64,000 nt of DNA from Selaginella moellendorffii. Lineage: Eukaryota; Plantae; Lycopodiophyta. Both the position numbers and the translations under genes were made by a program. This document shows positions 26,301 to 38,000 of the stretch, piece by piece. The notes below the pieces were generated by a model that was given only the letters and a program-made list of their open reading frames with translations, was not told the origin of the DNA and did not search any database. Where the stretch lies: NCBI RefSeq assembly GCF_000143415.4, contig NW_003314268.1, positions 3,542,559 through 3,606,558 of the forward strand, given 5' to 3'. Within the stretch, counting starts at the first letter, position 1; each line of letters starts with the position of its first letter.

Positions 26301-27021
26301 ACTATTCACAATCTCAGGTGTGACGGTAATGATCTCTATTATTCCTAGCTTGCAAAAAGTGATAGAAACATACCGATATTCTTCGCAAAGCCATTCTATT
26401 TGAACAAGTTATATATGTCCAAGTTGACATACTTTAATGCTGTGCAGACAAGGTTCGTCTGCTGCAAATGGCAAAGAGGATTTCTTTGATCAAGTTACAA
26501 AGGCCTAGCCACTTAAGTGCCTCAAGTGTTTGGTAAATTGTTTTTTCCCTTGTTCACATAACAATCTCTTGGAAGCACTTATCTACCACGTTGTCAGGAA
26601 AGTTTGCAACTCTTTCAACTCTAGGCTGTTCCTTAGGTTCCTTATCGTAAACACCATTAGATTGCCCAACTTCAAGGATTTGTGTTGGTGGTGGGTAAAT
26701 GAGGAGTCAAGGTGGAGGTGGTAGTGGTGATGGTGGGGGTGGTGGTGGTGGGGGCAAGGGTAGAGGTAATAGTGGCAATGGTGGTGGCAATGGTGGTAGT
26801 GGCAGTGGCAGTGGTGATGGCGGTGGTGGTGGTGATAGTGGTGGTGGATGTGGCAATGGTGGTGGAGGTGATGGTGGTGAAGGCAGTGGATTTTTAAGTA
26901 ATTGCATCTTTGTTGATGTGCCAATGGACATATTGATTATAATATCATCATTAGTGCCGAATTGAATTTCTTGTGTCTTCTTGGCTCTAACAACCTTTTT
27001 ATGTGGTACAATTTTCCTTTT
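23400..27021 (-). pseudogene. Copy 2: multi-exon gene encoding a Pro-rich region, a ParB/Srx-like domain and a circularly permuted beta-class N4C/N6A DNA methyltransferase
   Basis: Manual translation gives MFQIIDSNHRYGAWMKCINNHFHDDPIYHINV (IIDSNHR at 26187-26207), VADFILFDFLD...DWN...LMLEAGHVVLI (motif IV position 24286-24297), and YQF*TPLAMQVLLKLYCPPDGVVIDCIAGSNSMVEAARNSGRLVFAIEE (motif I at 23732-23755). Short GT-AG introns, e.g. 26046-25986. Internal stops are TGA/TAG/TAA explicable by single C->T or G->A changes. Confidence 0.8.
26706..26890 (+). repeat. GGT/GGC trinucleotide tract (poly-Pro coding on the minus strand, within the ParB-MTase gene)
   Basis: (ggt)n-rich run. It is much shorter in copy 1 (about 16035-16080). 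Confidence 0.9.
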
Positions 27022-27109
27022 CTGCAAGAGAAAAATTTTTGTTAGTCAAACTAAATAAAGATAATATGAAATTCAAACAATCAAGAGAAAAATAAAATTC
27101 AAGTGGGCC

Positions 27110-27510
27110 GAAACTCCACCTCAGATACTTTGGCTGTCAAAGGGCTGAGATTATTCAAATAACCTTGGCCCCTCCAGCCCTTAAAGTGCCCAAGGGCAAG
27201 CTTGGGCTAGCCACTTCAGGCCCTTCAATGGCCACTTGAGATTGACCTCGGGCACTTTGGCAACCTGAGAGGCCAAGGTTATTCAAATAACCTCGATCCC
27301 TTAGGCGGCCAAAGTGCCCAAGGTGGCTGGCCCGAGCTCGACCTCGGGCACTTTGGGTGCCCGAGGGGCCCAGGTTATTTGAATAACCTCGGCCCCTCGG
27401 GTGGCCACAATGCTTGAGATGGCCCGCCTGAGCTCAACCTCGGGCCAAAGGGACAAGGTTATTCAAATAACCTCAGTCTCTTGGGCAGCCAAAGTGCTTG
27501 AGGTGAAGCT
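27110..27510. repeat. Tandem array of long palindromic units centred on GGTTATT(C/T)(A/G)AATAACC
   Basis: Example unit: ggcactttggcaacctgagaggccaaggttattcaaataacctcgatcccttaggcggccaaagtgcc. About 4 centres. A homologous decayed array lies at 15540-15845. Confidence 0.85.
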
Positions 27511-29943
27511 TGGACTGGAGACAGAAGGTGATAGAAGTAAGAAAAAAAAACAAAGAAGCAATCAAATTAAAACACACCCTTGGTGGCATTTTTCCTTTCT
27601 AATCTCTCGATCATGTTGGATTTCTCACACTTTCTCACTCTCAAGCTTAACTCATGTTCACATTAGCATGCTCAATCTCTTGCACTCGATCTTTCCCACT
27701 TGTGCGCTCAATCTCTCGCACTCACGTGCTCCACGTTCAATCTCTCAATCTCTTATGCACTCAATTCCTCAATCTTTTGCAAGCTCAATTGCTTTGATCT
27801 TTTGCGGACTCAATCCCTTGATCTCCTTTGTGCTCAATTCCTCAATCTCTTGCACGCTCCACTCACAGCGCAAATAGTAACCTAATCTTGGCAGCTACCC
27901 TAACCCTAATCCTGACAATTGCCCTAACCCTAACCAATCTCTTATCCTGGCCATTCATTCCAAATAACTTAAATCTCAACCATCACAATATCTTTAATTT
28001 TATTTTATCTTATCATTATTATTATATATGAATTATGTCTAGCTCCCGCTTGTGTGTCTGTCTTTGTTCTGCGTCCAGCTTGGGTCTAAACCCAAGCTCC
28101 ACACCATGCTAGCTAGTGGAATACCCATGTCCTCGAGTTAGGCCACCGGTATGCCGAAATAGTGCCAGACTCTGTTTGGCTCCGTTTTGCATGTTAGTCC
28201 TGGCAGTGGGATGCTGGTTGCTCTAGGATTGTTCCAAGTCGCTTCGGGCTCCTGTCCCTTCGCTTTTTGGGGTATATGCTCGGGAGTTGCTTCGTGGTTC
28301 GGTTCCGTCACTCCCTGGCTCCATGCTTGGGAGTTTGGCATTGTTCCTTCATTCAGTGGCCCAAGGCCCTGAAACTCGGGTTCCACACCATTGTCCTTTG
28401 GACACATGGCATGTGACATGTGGCATCTGTCACGTGGCACAAAGAGGGTTTAGGTTTTGCTTCATGGTTATCTTATGGTAAATCACCATAGGATAAAGGG
28501 TAAAAACCACGTGTGCTATATTTGGTATTAGAGAGAGGTTCTCAGTGAGTACTATTTAATGAGATTGGGCAACTAGTCTCGTTGAATACGCAGAGATGAA
28601 AACGATGGTTCGAGTGGGTACATGTTTGGGTGCAAAGACTTTGCATTGGTTCCTTGGGTATGGATTTTGTTACCTTTTTTGTACCATAATAATGTGAGCT
28701 TGCTCTTGGGCTCATAGGATGGATTGAGTTATTCCGGTTGCACGAGTTTATACTTGGGCTCATGTGTGAGGCACATTAGCAACTCGAGGTTACACTTTGA
28801 GTTGGCAGGATTAATGTTAGCTTATCGGTGGTTCCATGAGTTGTTCCATGTACTGTGGGTGAAAGCAAACCTCCTTGGGTTTACTATAAGTGGCAAATAG
28901 GCTGGTCCGTAGCTATTTAGCATGGCACTAGTGGATCCTTCCTAGGCATGATTACGAGTGGATCAATCAAGACTATAGGGATTAGTCTATTGATTCAAGT
29001 AATTATTGTTGTGCTCTCTCATAAACTTTTCTTAGATTGGACTGAAGGTAGTGCGAAAGCAAGCTTGAGGTTTTATCAAAGATGAGACCGAAAAGAGAGT
29101 CGTCAAGGGATGAAGGATTAAACATGTAAATCATCTTCTTTTCTTGGAGAGATGATTTGCAACAAGGTGTTGACTCATTGCTCATATTCACATTATGCAA
29201 TCAAGAGTTTCTATCTTGATGCATGTTGGTTATGATGGTCTTACAAATGGTGAGTTATGGGATGGATAGTGGTGATGTGCTAAACCATTTTGTCTAGGCT
29301 TGCTATTGGAAAACTTGGGTTACAATGCTTAATTCTTTTCCAGGGCACCTTACTATTGCTCCTTGAGTAGCTTGGTGTTGAATTAGTGTTGAGTTTGGTC
29401 GGAAAGAAAGTGATATGAGCTTGTCCGTGTTATGAACAAAAGTTAGTGGTGTCAGGTGTTGTAAATCTCTATTGGTGGGGTGTGGCATTAATGTTACATT
29501 TTTGTCAAATTGAGTTGGCATTTGATAGTCACATAAACCTTTGAAGTAATAACATGGGTGTTACTTAATTGATGATCAATTCATTGTGATACTTATATCA
29601 TATCCATGTGATAGTGAGTAATGCATTTATGAAGTTGCTTGGTTAAATGATGATCAACCCTAAAGTGGTTGATAGTGAAGCTAATTTACTTGCACGAAGT
29701 AGCATTGTAGTAGCTTTAACTAAATTCTTGATGGTGGTCCATTATGTTAAGCATAAGTTGATTCCTTGTTCCTTGAGGGTTTGCTTATTAGGTGTTGGAA
29801 AAAGTTGTAGCATTCATTTGCTATAGCTTGTTAGTTGATCCATTGGCACTTGGAGTAGATTGTTGGATGGAGAAGATGTGTAGTAGGGGCATTAACATTG
29901 CTAGCACTTGTGTTAGTGGAAGTGGCATTGTTATTTCGAGTGA

Positions 29944-31080
29944 TGTCGCGAATGTGACTTCGGGTATCGAAAGTTACCTGTCGACCAGTCCTTACGGACA
30001 CTCTTTCCTTACTGCCACAATGGCAGGAGGTCGGTATTGCTGGACCCTTTATTAGTCCCTCTTGTTCAAGTGTTAGTAAACTGGACTTTGCATCTGTACT
30101 TGGCCGGATGAGCATAAGGACGGAATTCCTAAGTGTCTATTCAGCCAAGCATACTTGGCCTGGCTTTTTAGTTCTCTTTTGCTCTGTCTTGCACTGGCTT
30201 GACAAGAACCCTCACATATTGAGATTAGTCCCTCAATATTGCTACATGATAGCTTACCGTGTCTGCCAAACACCCTCGCTATCATGCCCTTTGTGTTAGT
30301 CTCATTTCGGTCCCAAATGCTATTTATGGAAAGTGTCCAGATTTGCTCATTTGGCATATCTACGGAATGTAGAGATTGGCCTGAACACAATGGTGTTCGT
30401 CCCGTGTCCAAATTCGCAATCTAAGGACATTCCATATTTAGTAAGTTTCAAGCTTGTCCCAGAGACTAACTCCTGATACTAAGGGAGGCTTGGGGTGAAA
30501 GCCCAAAGCGTGTGTTCCTCAAGGGGGGGGGGGGGGCTGTGGGGGGTTCCAAATGTATAGTAGGGATAGTGGGTAGGTCGGGCATGGCCGACCAACCTGA
30601 GGCATAGTCTAGCTCCCGCTTGCGTGCCTGTCCTTGTTCTGCGTCTGGCTTGGGTCTAAGCCCAAGTTCCATTCCATGCTAGCTGGTGGAGTACCCATAT
30701 CCTCACGTTAGGCCACCGGTATGCCGAAATAGAGCTAAACTCCGTTTGGCTCCATTTTGCGTGCTGGTCCTGGCATTGGGATGCTGATTGCTTCAGGACT
30801 GTTCCAAGTCGCTCCGGGCCCCTGTCCCTTCGCTCCTTGGGCTTTATGCTCGGGAGTTGCTCCGTGGTTCGGTTCCATCACTCCTTGGCTCCATGCTTGG
30901 GAGTTTGGCACCGTTCGTTCATTCAGTGGCTCAAGGCCCTGAACCTCGGGTTCCTATGGACACGTGGCATGTGACACGTGGCATCTGTCACGTGGCACAA
31001 AGTGGGTTTAGGTTCCGCTTCGTGGTGTTATCCTATGGTAAATCACCATAGGATAAAGGGTCAAAACCACGTGCGCTACA
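29944..31080 (+). mobile_element. Young family-A solo LTR (1137 bp) nested in an older family-A element, AGTGA TSD
   Basis: Termini TGTCGCG...GCGCTACA, with AGTGA at 29939-29943 and 31081-31085. It retains CpGs lost in the other copies. Confidence 0.95.
30961..30996 (+). promoter_or_regulatory. Three CACGTGGC (G-box/ABRE) motifs at 14-bp spacing in the LTR
   Basis: CACGTGGC at 30961, 30975 and 30989, plus a further CACGTG at 31068. Confidence 0.55.
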
Positions 31081-31332
31081 AGTGATGAGGAATTTTCCTT
31101 GGACCTTGATTTTCCATGTCATTTTTCTTGTTAATGTTTTGGCTTCACATTGGATCTTGAAGGTGGTTGAAGAAGAGTGTTAGTGCAATGTGGATATTTG
31201 AAGATGTAATCTTCGTGATCAAGCCTTGGATGTTTATTTTGTATTTTTGCGGATGTCAGAAAAATGGACAAAGATGTTCAGTGCTTAGACATATTGTTGG
31301 GTCGTGAGAAGAGCTCATTCTCTCTTACGAGA

Positions 31333-31582
31333 NNNNNNNNNNNNNNNNNNNNNNNNNNNNNNNNNNNNNNNNNNNNNNNNNNNNNNNNNNNNNNNNNNNN
31401 NNNNNNNNNNNNNNNNNNNNNNNNNNNNNNNNNNNNNNNNNNNNNNNNNNNNNNNNNNNNNNNNNNNNNNNNNNNNNNNNNNNNNNNNNNNNNNNNNNNN
31501 NNNNNNNNNNNNNNNNNNNNNNNNNNNNNNNNNNNNNNNNNNNNNNNNNNNNNNNNNNNNNNNNNNNNNNNNNNNNNNNNNN
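31333..31582. other. Assembly gap (N run)
   Basis: Run of N. Confidence 1.
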
Positions 31583-34500
31583 GATCCTAATCCCGGGACC
31601 CATGTGCAGTCGTTGTTAAACTATGTGAAGTTGTTAGTAGGAGAAAGTTGGTTCATGTCTTGAAAGTTTGCATTCCTAGACTGAGAATTATTCTTTTTCT
31701 AGGATGGAAAATTTTCCACAAATTTTCTTAGAATTTTCCAATGGCTAATCTGTTAATCATTTTGCTTGAAAACCATTCCATTTTCGTAAACCAGTATAAA
31801 CTAGTAAAGGGGTTAGAGTTGACTCCGGTTGGCTTAAACCTTTGTAAGTAGTTTGTATGATATAGCCCGAAAGGGATGCTGACCTTTGAAGCTAAGGCAA
31901 TTGAGTTAGTTAGGGTCTAGAGTTAGTGTAGAAAAGTGGCTGTTGCACTTTTCTAAGAAAGGTGACCCTTGTGCCTTTCTTCTATAGCATTGTGCTTGAT
32001 GATAGGTTGCATCTTGTATTTCGTTTAGACTATATGAGAGTAGTGAGCTCTCACTGATTTTGACTTGGTCTTGGTGGCCCTGCACCTTAGTTGAGGATGG
32101 TGATGTCCAACTTAGTTGTTTACAGTTGAGATGTTGGTAACTATACTATAGTTTTGTCTATGAGGAGGTTGTGTACCGATATGAGTCCATCTTGTGATCT
32201 TCACTTTTAGTTTCAGCTAAGTGTTGATCATGCATAGCTAGCCTCTTCAAAGCATGCTCAGAGCTATTGACTAAACGTGTTGGTAAGTTTATTGTGGTTG
32301 AGTTGGATTTGAGTAGTCATTTAGTTCATGCCTGTCCACGAACCTTTGTCTTGTGTTTGAGGTATTACGTTTATGTTGGACAAGTATATGACTTAATGAT
32401 AGGAGTTTAGTGTTGGATCTTGTAAAGGCAAGTTGAGGAGTGATTATTAGTTGCTTTACAACTAATGATTGCTTGTAAACTTCGTTGAGGACTGTTTGAC
32501 ATTTGCTTCACTAGATGATGATTTAGCAGTGATGGGCTTGCTTTATCGGATGGTGTTGTGGAGGATTGTATCGTTAGACTTACATGGGTTTTCCATGTTG
32601 GCATATCGATTCTTCCTCTGTCGATATCATTTAGTGATGTTTAGTCTATAGTGTTGGATTTCATTGAATCTTGGATGTGTTGATTCATTCTTTGATGATA
32701 TGTTATCTGTAACTGAGTTTTGCTAAGAGATTAGTCTCAGATACTGACTAAAGTATCTTTGACTTTGGTTAGCTTGGTTGTTGGAGAGTTTTGAGTGGTG
32801 ATTCACTCTTGCTTTCTTCTAGTTTTGTTATAGTATTGATAGTATTGAAGTGATGCTTTGTCGTTGACATTGTTGATATTGAGATTTGAGTGAAATGAGA
32901 TATCTTTCCAAGGATTGATATTGAATTTCATTAGTCTTGATGAAAATAGTGTTGATGATTTAGCTTTAGCTTTGTGTTGTTGGCATTCATGCATTTGTTA
33001 GTTAGCAACTATGTTGACGTTCAAATGAACTAAGTGGCAAGTTAAGTTAGTTGTGTTCTAGACGAGATTGCTTAGTTGAGGTTGAGCTTTAGCTTTTCGT
33101 TGAAAAGTGATTTAGTCGTGGACTATACTAGCTTTACAAATGGAAGAGTTAGTGATCGATATTAAAATGTTTGAATCTTTATTGGATTTGAGTTGGAATA
33201 TATTGATCATTGATGATTCTTCTTATGCTTGTTATAAAGTGAGTTACGTCTTGCTATAGATGGATTCATGAAGGATCGTTTAGTGATCACTTGTTGGGCA
33301 TAACTCCATTGTGTTTAACTTTTGGATTGATATAGACATGCTCTTCATTAGCTTTGCATTATGAAGTTTAGTTTATGGATGTGTTGAGGAGAATATTGTG
33401 AATTGTACCATGATTTCTTCTTTAGTATTGAAGTTAGTTCATGCGAAACTCGTGATCATTATTAGACAACACTTGGCTATAGACTTCTTCGAACTTTCGG
33501 TTCCTTGAGTTTTTATGCTTATTGTTCCATTTGTTTGAAGTTGTTGGGGAAGGCATTTTGGCTCATTAACTTCGATGTTGAATTTAGTATTTTGCATCTA
33601 GCAATCATTGATGATGATTGATTATCATCTAAGATAATTGATTATCCTTGTTAAAGGTTTTGCCTGATTATTATTGATCTAGAATGATTTGTCATTCTTC
33701 GGGATAGTGGATTCTTTCTTCGATAATGATTATGCATCTTTCTCTTGATGGGATGATTGATGATCTTTCATGATAGTTAGTTATTCTCTCTGATGGTTTT
33801 TGGCTTTTCGCAATACCACATGTTCTTTATGGTTTGCTCTGGATTGGTCTCTTGGGTTTGAGATATCAATAGGATGTTGCTGACACTTGCTTGAGCAACT
33901 CTAGTTCCTTGGTATTGTTGACCATGATCTATTTAGATTATCTAGTGTAATAGTTAGCATGAACGAGTGTTTGTTGGTTTTGCCGCATTCATTCTGTTCT
34001 GTTGCTTATTGTTTGCATTAGTTCTGATAGATTGGGGATGTTATTTCCTTTGGGTGATACATTTGCAAGCATTTTGCTTGCTAGTCAATGATACTTTGTG
34101 TTCTTTGAGTTGTGTTTTGTGAGTTGTTTGGCATGCTATCTGCCATTTTTGGTAGTTAAGTTTCATCATTGAGTTTACTTAATGATATACTTTGCTATTG
34201 AATTTTGTTGGATGGTGAATCTTATGTTTTCCAATGATAGTGATCTTGGTGGTTCCTATACTATAATACTAGTTTAACAGATGATAACTTACTTGGAATA
34301 CTTTTGTGTTCTAATCTAAGCTTTATTCACTGATAATTAAATCTCTAAGATATCATTGTTTATGACTTTGATATAATCCATATATATTGATCTATGAGTT
34401 TGGGCTAATATAGGTAGACTGGCTTCGGCACTTCGTGTGTATGGTGAAATCTCTAGTCATGGGGTAGCTACTATCGACTGGTCCCATAACCCACCTCTCT

Positions 34501-36054
34501 GTCGATGTTCCTTATTCCGTTAAAAGGGTGTGACTGTGTAAACAACTCTCACTGCTTGTTTACAGTAGTCTATTTAAACCTTACCAACGGGTTTGGTTTC
34601 TTTGCTTAGGAGGGTTGGGGCCTCTAGCTTCTCTCTCTATATCCTTGCGGGCAGGGGCGTATCACACTTTTGTAGCTGGGTGACATCCAGAGTAGCAAGG
34701 GTGGCTGACTCTGTTGGTCATTTCCTTGTCGGCGACGGCCCAAAGGTGTCTAAGTTGGTAGTGCATCCGCATTAGACAAAGAGGTTACCCCCTAACTCAT
34801 TTAAGTCGGTGCATTTCTCACATAGTGTGAATACTGTAAACTTTTTCTGGAGTTGTTTCCTTGGCAGTATTCTAGACTTGAGTATGCATCGACGAGGATA
34901 TCGATCTTCCCAAGGGGGGGAGAGTGTCATGAATGTGACTTCAGATATCAAAAGTTATCTATCGGCCAGTCCTTATGGACACTCTTTCCTTACTGCCACG
35001 ATGGCAGGAGGTCGGTATTGTTGGACCCTTTATCAGCCCCTCTTGCTCAAGTGTTAGTAAACTGGACTTTGCATCTGTGCTTGGCAGGATGAGCATAAGG
35101 ACGGAATTCTTAAGTGTCTATTTAGCCAAGCATACTTGGCTTGGCTTTTTAGTTCTCTTTTGCTTTGTTTTGCACTAGCTTGACAAGAACCCTCACGTAT
35201 TGAAATTGGTCCTTCAATATCGCTACATGATAGTTTACCGTATCTGCCAAACACCTTCGCTATCATGCTCTTTGTGTTAATCTCATTCCGGTCCCAAATG
35301 CTATTTATAGAAAGTGTCTAGATTTGCTCATTTGGCATATCTACGGAATGTAGAGATTGGCCTAAACACAATAGTGTTCATCCCGTGTCCAAATTCACAT
35401 TCTAGCGCCATTTCATATTTAATAAGTTTCAAACTTGTCCCAGAGACTAACTCCTAGTACTAAGGGAGGCTTGGGGTGAAAGCCCAAAGCATGTGTTCCT
35501 CAAGGGGGGGTTCCAAATGTATAGTAAGGATAGTGGGTAGGTCGGGCATGGCTGACTAACTTGAGGCATAGTCTAGCTCCTGCTTGCGTGCCTATTTTCG
35601 TTCTGCATCCAGCTTGGGTCTAAGCCCAAACTCCACACCATGCTAGCTGGTGGAGTACCTATGTCCTCGTGTTAGGCCACCAGTATGCTGAAATAGTGCT
35701 AGACTCCGTTTGGCTCCGTTTTGCATGTTGGTCCTGGCATTGGGATGCTGGTTGCTTTAGGATTGTTCCAAGTCGCTCCAGGCTCCTGTCCCTTTGCTCC
35801 TTGGGCTATATGCTCAGGAGTTGCTCCGTGGTTCGGTTCCGTCACTCCCTGGCTCCATGCTTGGGAGTTTGGCACCGTTCCTTCGTTTAGTGGCCCAAGG
35901 CCTTGAAACTCGGGTTCCACACCACTGTCCTTTGGACACGTGGCATGTGACATGTGGCATCTGTCATATGGCACAAAGAGGGTTTAGGTTCTGCTTCATG
36001 GTTATCCTATGGTAAATCACTATAGGATAAAGGGTAAAAACCATATGCACTACA

Positions 36055-38000
36055 CTTCCCATGGTGTAAATTTTGTCTCCCGAATAAATATGTTTGGGTC
36101 TAGTGACCTTGCAAATGCATGGGTGCATTTTGACCATATGGAGCATGTATTGGGTTGGATAACCATGGGAGCTCATATGTATAATCCAAGGTAATTTTTA
36201 TTTTCATTATATTAAAATTATTGTAATATTTGTGTTTTCACAAGCTACATTGTAACTTAACAATTGCAATAGCAAAGTTTAAAGTACAAAACTAAACAAC
36301 CCAGGAAATATTTTGGAAGTCCCTCTCCAATATTATCCTAAAGAGGACTGGTAAACTTGCAAACTTTCATGGTTTTGTGGCAGATGGGGCTAATGCAAAT
36401 TGGAATGGTGTCCAAGCAGTTTTTGGAAATGATTAGCCATTGGAAGGTTGTGAGAGGACTTGTGAGTTTTATTGGGCTCAAATCTTAAACCAACACTACC
36501 ACCTTATCAAGCTAGAGTTTTAATTAATGTTTAAGGAGTTGTGCAATTAATGGCAGGTTGCACCTTCTGGAGAAGAGCATGAGGCAAAAGAAAATGAGAT
36601 CTGAATGTGATGGCATGAAGATGGCCATACGAACATAAGTTGTCTACCATAACTTAAGTCATAGTTAGGGTAGTGGGAAGTTAGGATGTTCTAATAGGGA
36701 CATCACTCTTTTCAAATTGGTTTCTAATTTTTCTTCTCATTTTATTACCTTTTAATATTTCTTTTTCCATTAGGATCAACCACTTGAGGACCTCACATAC
36801 ACCCCAATTGTGAATCTCTCCAAAAGTAAACACTAGAGTTGGCATTCCTCTAAAGCAAGGAAAGGGAAGATGAGTCTATATGAAGTCTGTCTATCAGATT
36901 TGATATGTGCTATATAGCAATCTTCAAAAGAGTTGGCATTCGAGGAAGGAAGAGACGTGGGAATAGGGTCTTCTGTTGAGATGTTACATGATAGGATGAA
37001 GAGAAAATTAACTCTACCTACCCAAATAGTAGCAACTACATTTGAGGAAGTGGTCCGTAACACACCTATAAAGTACACTCCTCGGGCTTCTATTGGTGAT
37101 ATAAAAACTATTTGCTCAAAGCATCATTTTTCCTTTGTTAATGAAGATGTTTGCACCTTGGAATAAAAAGCTCTCACAAACCTAATATTAAATACCATTC
37201 TCTCTCAGATTGAGCCACCTCAAATGGCTGATGAAGAGAGTGCATCACAACAGGTTGAAATTGTTTACCATAGCATGGAGCTGAAGCAATAGGCAATCTA
37301 ATGTGTGCTAGCAAAATCGAATATAAAGTGCATGGGGATGCTTTTGAGGGGTAAGTGTTAAGTCTAAATTTGTGGTGACAAATTTTCTTTTGTTCCAGCC
37401 CCATGTTTCTATGGGGAATAAAAGCAAGTAAAATTTTCAAGATGGTGCTATCTATATTGTTGCAACACCAACGTGAACCATACAAAGTAGCTTGAAGACA
37501 CTATAGTGACTAAACCTGATATAGTACCTAAAGAATGGCTAGTCACCAATGGGGTCACACTCACCACAAATGATATTGAAAACCTTGAGAAATTTGGTTC
37601 AATTTTGAAAGAAGAGTTGGAGACATGAAAGACAGAACCAAGACTATTTCTAAAGAGATACATAGGATGCTAGCAAGAAAAGGTAAGGCAGTTAAATTTA
37701 TTAGTACCGTCTCAATTTGCTCAAACACTTGAGTGTGAGATTCTCTACACGAAATACATTATTGCACTTGTAAAGGAGTACATAGTTAAAACAGAAAGTA
37801 GAGAGTATATAATTACCATTCAAGATTTTCCTTCTTACACATGTTTAGACTTTTTGAAGCGTGAGGAACATGGGAAGGCATATGCTCTTTGCAACATATG
37901 TACCACATCTTTATCAATATCTTGCACCAGGATATTCATATCCTCAAATGGATATTCATATACACCAAGCAAGCCTTACTATTACTAATATGCAGAAAAC
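36055..38000 (+). mobile_element. Decayed MULE-type DDE transposase with a C-terminal SWIM zinc finger
   Basis: AWVHFDHMEHVLGWITMGAHMYNP (about 36116), GFVADGANANWNGVQAVFG...ERTCEFYWAQIL (from 36371), and SWIM YIITIQDFPS(Y<-C)TCLDF...C(K)HMYHIF (about 37806-37910). Introns, stops and frameshifts are present. Confidence 0.8.

Larger units (their letters stand above)
28037..36054 (+). mobile_element. Family-A LTR retroelement (Gypsy-like, no intact ORFs): truncated 5' LTR 28037-28520, PBS, internal region, PPT, 3' LTR 34925-36054
   Basis: The 5' LTR fragment matches the 3' half of the other LTR copies. tggtattagag at 28523 is a decayed tRNA-iMet PBS. PPT aagggggggagag at 34912-34924. The 3' LTR runs TGTCA...CTACA. 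Confidence 0.85.

Noticed and set aside
26583-26965. Gly-rich, His-rich and Val-rich ORFs
   Set aside because: Alternative frames of a GGT tract. Only the minus-strand poly-Pro frame fits the spliced pseudogene.
27897-27935. CCCTAA telomere-like repeats
   Set aside because: Only a few interrupted units, too short to call an interstitial telomere.
34400-34780. Possible antisense ORF in the 3' internal region of the family-A element
   Set aside because: Several stops and no recognisable motif; it cannot be distinguished from compositional bias.
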